From: Macrostomum lignano
Taxonomy: Eukaryota
Length of the DNA: 64,000 nt
Assembly: GCA_002269645.1 (NCBI GenBank)
Contig: NIVC01001081.1
Location: 248,001 to 312,000 of the forward strand
Reading direction: 5' to 3'
The notes beneath the pieces are model-generated. The model had not been told where the DNA came from, did no database searches, and saw only the letters and a list, made by a program, of their open reading frames with translations. Shown piece by piece: positions 38,480 through 48,040 of this stretch (position 1 is the first letter of the stretch; each line of letters opens with the position of its first letter). The position numbers and the translations under genes were made by a program.

Positions 38480-38880
38480 GAGGAAAGAGGCAAAAATGAA
38501 GAGGGGAGAGAGGAGAGATGAGAGGGGAGAGAGAAGAGGGGAGAAAAGAGAGGAGAGAGGAAAGTTAAGTGGGGAGAGGAGAGGAGAGATAAAAGTGGAA
38601 ACAGAAGAGAGGAGAGAGGAGAAAGGAAAGAGGAGAGAGTAGGGAAGAGACCAGAGGGGAGAGTGGAGAGAGGAGAGGAGAGATAAAAGTGGAAACAGAA
38701 GAGAGGAGAGAGGAGAAAGGAAAGAGGAGAGAGTAGGGAAGAGACCAGAGGGGAGAGTGGAGAGAGGAGAGGAGAGATTAAAGTGGAGAGAGAAGAGAGG
38801 AGAGAGGAGAAAGGAAAGAGGAGAGAGTAGGGAAGAGGCCAGAGGGGAGAGAGGAGAGTGGAGAGGAGAGAGGAGACAAG
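38480..38880 (+). repeat. Purine-rich GAGAG(G/A) tract with an internally duplicated block
   Basis: Direct reading. Confidence 0.85.
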
Positions 38881-39539
38881 AGAAACGTTCGCTGACCCCA
38901 GAGCTAGAGAAGCAGCCATTGTCAAGTGCCGGCTTCCAGTCCGGGTGGGCAGCAAAAGAGGTCCTGGCCAAAAACTGACAGCTATAAAAAGCCAGACTCA
39001 AATAAGAACGCGTGGTGTTGTGGACAGCAAAATTTAATTAATACCCTCCTCTCCCCTTGCCGAGGCGTGTTTTGTTTTTGCATACATTGTTTGGCTTTGG
39101 GCGGGCAGCCCCCGCGCTCACTGCCGCCCTCAGCAGCTGATTTAGCTAACTTGTCAATTATTTAGCATTTAATTTATTTAGCCGGAGGGGCGGCTTAAGC
39201 GATTTTAACTTTATTGCTGAGTCCCTGCCTGCAGGTTTCTCTACTTAATAATTTATGCACTTTAATTTCGTCAGCTGAGGGGGGGGGCAATAGGCATGGG
39301 CTGTGCTAAACCCGCCCAGTCTGATACGGCCCAATTTGACTAGCTTGGGCATATCAAAACATTTCGCCTAATTACACAGTCAGTCACTTTTTTATGCCCT
39401 GGGTTGTATAAACTGCGGAATGATGGGGGTTACATGACCATTATTTATTAGACCTCATTGCGTAATATTTGCGATTATGGCGAGCTCAGAGTTGAACTCG
39501 GTGTTTTAGAAACTGCTGTTACAGCTTACTGATTACTGC

Positions 39540-40950
39540 TGATCTACAGATCTAGAGGACGCATGATCTACAGATCTAGAGGACGCATGATCTAGAGATC
39601 TAGAGGAAGCATGATTTAGAGATCTAGAGGACGCATGATCTAGAGATCTAGAGGACGCATGATCTAGAGATCTAGAGGACGCATGATCTAGAGATCTAGA
39701 GGACGCATGATCTAGAGATCTAGAGGAAGCATGATTTAGAGATCTAGAGAACGCATGATCTAGAGATCTAGAGGACGCATGATCTAGAGATCTAGAGGAC
39801 GCATGATCTAGAGATCTAGAGGACGCATGATCTAGAGATCTAGAGGAAGCATGATTTAGAGATCTAGAGAACGCATGATCTAGAGATCTAGAGGACGCAT
39901 GATTTAGAGATCTAGAGAACGCATGATCTAGAGATCTAGAGGACGCATGATCTAGAGATCTAGAGAACGCATGATCTAGAGATCTAGAGGACGCATGATT
40001 TAGAGATCTAGAGAACGCATGATCTAGAGATCTAGAGGACGCATGATCTAGAGATCTAGAGAACGCATGATCTAGAGATCTAGAGGAAGCATGATCTATA
40101 GATGCATAGGAAGCATGATCTAGAGATCTAGAGGAAGCATGATTTAGAGATCTAGAGTAAGCATGATCTAGAGATCTAGAGGAAGCATGATTTAGAGATC
40201 AAGAAGAAGCATGATTTAGAGATCTAGAGGAAGCATGATCTAGAGATCTGGAGAAAGCATGATCTAGAGATCAAGAAGAAGCATGCTCTAGAGATCTAGA
40301 GGACGCATGATTTAGTTATCTAGAGGAAGCATGATCTAGAGATCAAGAGGAAGCATGATTTAGAGATCTAGAGGACGCATGATTTAGTTATCAAGAAGAA
40401 GCATGATTTAGAGATCAAGAAGAAGCATGCTCTAGAGATCTAGAGGACGCATGATCTACAGATCTAGAGGACGCATGATCTAGAGATCTAGAGGAAGCAT
40501 GATCTATAGATACATAGGAAGCATGATCTAGAGATCTAGAGGAAGCATGATCTATAGATGCATAGGAAGCATGATTTAGAGATCTAGAGGAAGCATGATC
40601 TCGAGATCTAGAGGAAGCATGATCTCGAGATCTAGAGGAAGCATGATCTCGAGATCTAGAGGAAGTATGATTTAGAGATCTAGAGGAAGCATGATTTAGA
40701 GATCAAGAAGAAGCATGATTTAGAGATCTAGAGGAAGCATGATCTAGAGATCAAGAAGAAGCATGATTTAGAGATCTAGAGGAAGCATGATCTAGAGATC
40801 AAGAAGAAGCATGATTTAGAGATCTAGAGGAAGCATGATCTAGAACTCAAGAAGAAGCATGATCTAGAGATCTAGAGGAAGTATGATCTATAGATCTAGA
40901 GGAAGCATGATCTATAGATGTATAGGAAGCATGATCTAGAGATAAAGCGA
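39540..40950 (+). repeat. 24-bp minisatellite GCATGATCTAGAGATCTAGAGGA(A/C)
   Basis: Direct reading. Confidence 0.94.
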
Positions 40951-41819
40951 TCTAGACAGAAACCTCGATACAGAGATCAAGCGATCCGGTGGTTACGCAA
41001 TAGAGAAACTTCGTCTTGATCTGGAGAAATCTAGAGATCCAGATATCTAGGAAAATGGACCTAGACGTCTGGAAGAAAATGTCATCTAGAGTTGTATATA
41101 GGAGGAAAACAGGCATCTAAAGGCCTATAGCTACCAGTGCAAGGTAAACTCGATAAACTAAGGAAATCCTAACATGCACATGGTTTTATTTGGCAAGCAG
41201 AGCAGTCGCCCCCAACTCAAATTTCAGTAAAACTCCAAGCACTGAGCTGCCTGTACCACAGGTGTGCAAGTGCCCGGCCCAGCCCGTGTGAAAGTGGAGG
41301 GTGACGCGGCTTAGCCCCGTGTAAGTAGCCCCCCCCCCGCCCGAGCTGTTGAGGAGCTTTTGCCCGGCAAGTGAAGGCAGTCAAACAGAACTATAACAGC
41401 TGTTGATTTTGGCGAAGTGTGCTCTGGGGGGTATTGTGTGCTCACGTGCAGCTTAGGGTGGATGAGGCATGAGCTGCATAAACTCAAGAAAACAGAACAG
41501 CTGTAGAGTGCTATGGGAAAACATGTGAATGGAAAATGAGAACGTGTTTTGAGAATAATGGACAGATTTCGATTTCGATACCAACAGTTGCTTTGCGATT
41601 GTGAGATCTGCTTCGCGTTTACGATTTCAGTGACACTTAAACTGTTGTCTTGCTGGGTGGAGGCTGGGGCTCTGTCTGTTTGCTCATCTATCGGGAACAA
41701 GTGAGCTCAGCACAAAATGGAGCTTGGCAATCTGAAAAGCAAAGTCTGGATTGCTCACTTTTAGAAATTCTTTGCAGCATAGAAAAAGAAGTAATTGAAG
41801 GGAGTGCTAGAAAGGAGTG

Positions 41820-44170
41820 TTCTAGATCTCTGAATCTCTAGATCATGCTGCCTTTAGATCTCTGAATCTCTAGATCATGCTTCCTTTAGATCTCTGAATC
41901 TCTAGATCATGCTTCCTATAGATCTCTAGATCATGCTTCCTTTAGATCTCTGAATCTCTAGATCATGCTTCCTTTAGATCTCTGAATCTCAAGATCATGC
42001 TTCCTTTAGATCTCTGAATCTCAAGATCATGCTTCCTTTAGATCTCTGAATCTCTAGATCATGCTGCCTTTAGATCTCTGAATCTCTAGATCATGCTTCC
42101 TTTAGATCTCTGAATCTCTAGATCATGCTTCCTATAGATCTCTAGATCATGCTTCCTTTAGATCTCTGAATCTCTAGATCATGCTTCCTTTAGATCTCTG
42201 AATCTCAAGATCATGCTTCCTTTAGATCTCTGAATCTCAAGATCATGCTTCCTTTAGATCTCTGAATCTCTAGATCATGCTGCCTTTAGATCTCTGAATC
42301 TCAAGATCATGCTGCCTTTAGATCTCTGAATCTCTAGATCATGCTGCCTTTAGATCTCTGAATCTCTAGATCATGCTTCCTTTAGATCTCTGAATCTCTA
42401 GATCATGCTGCCTTTAGATCTCTGAATCTCAAGATCATGCTGCCTTTAGATCTCTGAATCTCTAGATCATACTGCCTTTAGATCTCTGAATCTCTAGATC
42501 ATGCTGCCTTTAGATCTCTGAATCTCTAGATCATGCTGCCTTTAGATCTCTGAATCTCTAGATCATGCTGCCTTTAGATCTCTGAATCTCAAGATCATGC
42601 TGCCTTTAGATCTCTGAATCTCTAGATCATACTGCCTTTAGATCTCTGAATCTCTAGATCATGCTGCCTTTAGATCTCTGAATCTCTAGATCATGCTTCC
42701 TTTAGATCTCTGAATCTCTAGATCATGCTGCCTTTAGATCTCTGAATCTCTAGATCATGCTGCCTTTAGATCTCTGAATCTCTAGATCATGCTGCCTTTA
42801 GATCTCTGAATCTCTAGATCATGCTGCCTTTAGATCTCTGAATCTCTAGATCATGCTGCCTTTAGATCTCTGAATCTCTAGATCATGCTTCCTTTAGATC
42901 TCTGAATCTCTAGATCATGCTGCCTTTAGATCTCTGAATCTCTAGATCATGCTGCCTTTAGATCTCTGAATCTCTAGATCATGCTGCCTTTAGATCTCTG
43001 AATCTCTAGATCATGCTTCCTATAGATCTCTAGATCATGCTTCCTTTAGATCTCTGAATCTCTAGATCATGCTTCCTTTAGATCTCTGAATCTCAAGATC
43101 ATGCTTCCTTTAGATCTCTGAATCTCTAGATCATGCTGCCTTTAGATCTCTGAATCTCTAGATCATGCTTCCTATAGATCTCTAGATCATGCTTCCTATT
43201 GATCTCTAGATCATGCTTCCTCTAGATCTCTGAATCTCTAGATCATGCTGCCTTTAGATCTCTGAATCTCTAGATCATGCTTCCTATAGATCTCTAGATC
43301 ATGCTTCCTTTAGATCTCTGAATCTCTAGATCATGCTTCCTTTAGATCTCTGAATCTCAAGATCATGCTTCCTTTAGATCTCTGAATCTCTAGATCATGC
43401 TGCCTTTAGATCTCTGAATCTCAAGATCATGCTTCCTTTAGATCTCTGAATCTCAAGATCATGCTTCCTTTAGATCTCTGAATCTCTAGATCATGCTTCC
43501 TTTAGATCTCTGAATCTCTAGATCATGCTGCCTTTAGATCTCTGAATCTCAAGATCATGCTGCCTTTAGATCTCTGAATCTCTAGATCATACTGCCTTTA
43601 GATCTCTGAATCTCTAGATCATGCTGCCTTTAGATCTCTGAATCTCTAGATCATACTGCCTTTAGATCTCTGAATCTCTAGATCATGCTGCCTTTAGATC
43701 TCTGAATCTCTAGATCATGCTGCCTTTAGATCTCTGAATCTCTAGATCATACTGCCTTTAGATCTCTGAATCTCTAGATCATGCTTCCTTTAGATCTCTG
43801 AATCTCTAGATTATGCTTCCTCTAGATCTCTAAGTCTCTAGATCATGCTGCCTTTAGATCTCTGAATCTCTAGATCATGCTGCCTTTAGATCTCTGAATC
43901 TCTAGATCATGCTGCCTTTAGATCTCTGAATCTCTTAGATCATGCTGCCTTTAGATCTCTGAATCTCTAGATCATGCTGCCTTTAGATCTCTGAATCTCT
44001 AGATCATGCTGCCTTTAGATCTCTGAATCTCTAGATCATGCTTCCTTTAGATCTCTGAATCTCTAGATCATACTGCCTTTAGATCTCTGAATCTCTAGAT
44101 CATGCTTCCTTTAGATCTCTAGATCATGCTTCCTATTGATCTCTAGATCATGCTTCCTCTAGATCTCTAC
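41820..44170 (-). repeat. 32-bp minisatellite TTCCTTTAGATCTCTGAATCTCTAGATCATGC, an inverted relative of the 24-bp family
   Basis: Equals the reverse complement of the 24-mer plus an 8-nt insert; pure 24-mer units are interspersed. Confidence 0.92.
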
Positions 44171-44173
44171 ATG

Positions 44174-45138
44174 TAGAAAGGAGTGCTAGAAAGAGTGCTA
44201 GAAAAGAGTGCTAGGAAGAGTTCTAGAAAGAGTGCTAGAAAAGAGTGCTTGACAAGAGTGCTTGACAAGAGTGCTAGAAAGAGTGCTAGAAAAGAGTGCT
44301 AGAAAGAGTGCTAGAAAGAGTGCTAGAAAAGAGTGCTAGAAAGAGTGCTAGAAAAGAGTGCTAGAAAGAGTGCTAGAAAAGAGTGCTAGAAAGAGTGCTA
44401 GAAAAGAGTGCTAGAAAGAGTGCTAGAAAAGAGTGCTAGAAAGAGTGCTAGAAAAGAGTGCTTGACAAGAGTGCTAGACAAGAGTGCTAGACAAGAGTGC
44501 TAGACAAGAGTGCTAGACAAGAGTGCTAGAGTGCTAGAAAAGAGTGCTTGACAAGAGTGCTTGACAAGACTGCTAGAAAGAGTGCTAGAAAAGAGTGCTA
44601 GAAAGAGTGCTAGAAAGAGTGCTAGGAAGAGTTCTAGAAAGAGTGCTAGAAAAGAGTGCTTGACAAGAGTGCTTGACAAGAGTGCTAGAAAGAGTGCTAG
44701 AAAAGACTGCTAGAAAGAGTGCTAGAAAGAGTGCTAGAAAAGAGTGCTAGAAAGAGTGCTAGAAAAGAGTGCTAGAAAGAGTGCCAGAAAAGAGTGCTAG
44801 AAAGAGTGCTAGAAAAGAGTGCTAGAAAGAGTGCTAGAAAAGAGTGCTAGAAAGAGTGCTAGAAAAGAGTGCTAGAAAGAGTGCTAGAAAAGAGTGCTTG
44901 ACAAGAGTGCTTGACAAGAGTGCTAGACAAGAGTGCTAGACAAGAGTGCTAGACAAGAGTGCTAGACAAGAGTGCTAGACAAGAGTGCTAGATAAGAGTG
45001 CTAGACAAGAGTGCTAGACAAGAGTGCTAGACAAGAGTGCTAGACAAGAGTGCTAGACAAGAGTGCTAGACAAGAGTGCTAGACAAGAGTGCTAGACAAG
45101 AGTGCTAGAGTGCTAGAAAGAGTGCTAGAAAGAGTGCC
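44174..45138 (+). repeat. 12/13-bp satellite AGAGTGCTAGAA(A) / AGAGTGCTAGACA
   Basis: Direct reading. Confidence 0.93.
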
Positions 45139-45713
45139 ATGCTGGAGTGGGTGCCGCAGGTACCTCAACAGTATTTCAGAGCAGCAGCAGACCAGGTGAA
45201 TATTAGGCTCTGCATAAATTTCAAGCCGATCGACAGGCCGTAATTCTCCCCATTAAGCGACTATAATTGAGCGAGTGTTTTATTGAAGTGTTCTCGGCGT
45301 TCTGAGTCACTCGGCTGCCTCAGCCACTTAACTCTCACTTAGAACTGTCAATCAAAAGTTTGGAGTTAATTGGCAAAATTGAATGAGTGCTGAGGGCCCC
45401 CGCGTGGCGCTCTGATTTCTGTACTCGGCAATTCCGTAAAAAGGAATTAATTCATCTCAAAAGTGGATTTAATCTCTCTCAAATATGGCAAATTAATTTG
45501 GACCCAGTTGATTATTTTTCTGCCAGGGTTCAAAGCAATCACAGATATTGGGCACTCGCATTCTAATTGCTCGGATAAATTTAATTTAGATAATTACAGC
45601 CAGGGGTTAGCGCACGTTGGGGAGCAAAGAAATAACAGAATTACCCGTGTTCTCTACTGCCAAGTAGAGTAGTTGGAGCGTTTAGCTTATCATATAAATC
45701 TGTCATAATAAAG

Positions 45714-46000
45714 GATTGTCACTGTTGGATTGTCACTGCTGTTGGATTGTCACTGTTGGATTGTCACTGATGGATTGTCACTGTTGGATTGTTGCTGTTG
45801 GATTGTCACTGTTGGATTGTCACTGTTGGATTGTCACTGTTGGATTGTCACTGTTGGATTGTCACTGTTGGATTGTCACTTTTGGATTGTCACAGAAGTA
45901 TTGTTGCTGTTGGATTGTCACTGTTGTATTGTCACTGTTGGATTGTCACTGCTGTTGGATTGTCACTGTTGGATTGTCACTGTTGGATTGTCACTGTTGA
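45714..46000 (+). repeat. 14-bp satellite GGATTGTCACTGTT, left of the retrotransposon
   Basis: Direct reading. Confidence 0.93.
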
Positions 46001-46001
46001 G

Positions 46002-46874
46002 TGTAGTGCATGCGCCCTTGTCAGTTGGCAGGGCGCGTTGCACTTTGGGGCTGGTTGGGGGGGGGGGTTGGCGGGCGTGGCAGGGTCTGGCCCCGGCCGG
46101 GCTTTGCGCGTGCCCCTCCCCAGCCGTGCCCCTGCCCCGTGCTCAGGGCTGGTTGGCTGCGGCCGGGCCAGCTTTGGCGCGGGTGCAGCCCCTCCCCCCT
46201 TAGGCGGGGTTTTGATTGGCTGGGCCGGCGTGGTTTGTTTTGGTGAGCTTAGCCGGTGGGGCCGTCTGCCCCAGGGTTTGGGTGCTATTTATGGTGCGAC
46301 TCTGGCTCTTGCCCGCCTCCTGCGTGCTTTTTGTGTTTTGGTGTGCTCCGAGAGTGCAAGCGCGAGACCTGATAAAAGAAACAGCAACATTAGCTACTTG
46401 GATAAAAGAAACACAATAGCCTAATTGAGAAGAGTCTTGGAGAATTAAGAAGAAGTCGGAAACTGCGCTTGAGACCTGCGAATAATAAACGGTGAACAGT
46501 CATCTGGCCACTGGTAAGCCGCCTGCTGTTTGAGTCCTTTCTTTCCGGGAAGCTTGCTAGGCCGAATTCTTGCCAGAGCGTCATAACGCCGGGAGACCAT
46601 ATAGCTTCTGTAGTACGGTACCGTTTACCATATATATTGCGTACGCCTTACGGTATAGAGAATAGAAGCACTCGAGAGTGTCACCACACCTCAAGCCGCA
46701 GCGTGAACTCTGAGTGTCACAACACCAGAGGGATCGAATTATTATCGCAGAGCGTCGCCACGCCTGCTCGTCGTATTCATAAAAGTACAGACAGAGCGTC
46801 ACAACGCCTGTTATTTCACATATAATATATATTGTACTCGGGACTGGGCACCCAAGCCGACCCGGGTTACAACA
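46002..46874 (+). repeat. 5' LTR
   Basis: TGTAGT..ACAACA; matches 54918-55790 except around G/C homopolymers. GC box at 46202-46209, inverted CCAAT at 46215-46219, AATAAA at 46484-46489. Confidence 0.96.
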
Positions 46875-46877
46875 AAT

Positions 46878-46895
46878 TGGCGCCCGAACAGGGAC
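46878..46895 (+). promoter_or_regulatory. Primer binding site, tRNA-Lys(UUU)
   Basis: TGGCGCCCGAACAGGGAC is the 18-nt complement of the tRNA-Lys3 3' end (same as the HIV-1 PBS), 3 nt after the LTR. Confidence 0.95.
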
Positions 46896-47119
46896 CCTGT
46901 CCCCAAAGATTGAAAGTCGGCTCAGTTGATTTCTATGAAAATTGCTGTCATATTGTGAGCGTTTTTTCTTATTAAAACGACTGTTGCTTATCGCTTGCGG
47001 CTATTGCCCTACCGCAAAAGACATTGATCACGGTGACAGACAACTGATTGGTTATCAGAGATCGATAGCTATCACCACCTCAGAGTAAAGAGTAGCAACG
47101 GTATTCAGTGACTTCGGCC

Positions 47120-48040
47120 ATGGGTGATCAAGCTATGGACCAACTGATCGATGCGCTGGCTGCGCGCCTCAGAGCCAACGCCGACCGAGCAGCGCCACGA
47201 CTCTCGAAGCCGCCCAAGTACATACCAACGATGAATTTCAGCCTATGGCTGCAGAGTTTCAACGAGTACTGCGAGGCTGTCGGTATAGAAGAAGAAGCCA
47301 GGCGGCCGCACCTGATCGGCCTACTCGACCTCACAACAGCCTACGCTGCCGTTGATAAGCTGGACTTGGCAGACGACATCGAGTACGGGGAATTCACGGA
47401 TGCACTACTGGCGCGGTTCACCATGAACAGAACAGCCCAGGACTACCGTTTTGAATTATCGAATCGAGATCAGCTAGACAAGGAGTCTGTGGAGACCTAC
47501 GGGGACGAGCTGCTGGAGTTGGTGCGCAATGCCTTCCCCACCGCGGATGCCGACACCAGGACAGAGCTGGCGAAAGACAGATTTCTAAAAGGCGTTCGAG
47601 TAACCGACACTGTCCGAGAAAGACTGTACCTGCAGCAGCCGGCCAACCTCACCGATGCCATTCGAACAGTAAGACAACTTGAAGCAGCCCAGAAGGCGTC
47701 TTCGACCCAGTCCAAAGCCAGACCCAGGGCTGGGCTGAATGCCTTTGCCACCGAAACGTCGACAGGTGACACCGGCAAAGACGAGGAGCTACGCCAACTG
47801 CGTCAAAAAGTAAAGGAAATGGAAGAAAAGATCCGACGGATGGAGCAGATGCAGCAGGGCCAGCAGGAGCCGCCCGAACCCGGCCTTCAAGACAAGCAAC
47901 AATCCAAGCAGGCGGCTCCGTCCAGCTCGAAGCAGCGTAGCGGTGTCAAGTGCTACAACTGCGGGGAGATAGGCCATCTCTCATTCCAGTGCCCAAAGCC
48001 GGGAAAAGGCAAGAGGGGCCCACCAGCTGGAGGCAAGTGA
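47120..48040 (+). CDS. gag: Gag (capsid plus CCHC zinc knuckle), 306 aa
   Basis: gccATGg start; gypsy-type capsid motifs (ESVETYGDEL, DRFLKG) and the knuckle CYNCGEIGHLSFQC. Confidence 0.92.
   Translation: MGDQAMDQLIDALAARLRANADRAAPRLSKPPKYIPTMNFSLWLQSFNEYCEAVGIEEEARRPHLIGLLDLTTAYAAVDKLDLADDIEYGEFTDALLARFTMNRTAQDYRFELSNRDQLDKESVETYGDELLELVRNAFPTADADTRTELAKDRFLKGVRVTDTVRERLYLQQPANLTDAIRTVRQLEAAQKASSTQSKARPRAGLNAFATETSTGDTGKDEELRQLRQKVKEMEEKIRRMEQMQQGQQEPPEPGLQDKQQSKQAAPSSSKQRSGVKCYNCGEIGHLSFQCPKPGKGKRGPPAGGK

Noticed and set aside
46010-46825. Short ORFs inside the LTR (identical at 54926-55741)
   Set aside because: No recognisable domains; they recur only because the LTR is duplicated.
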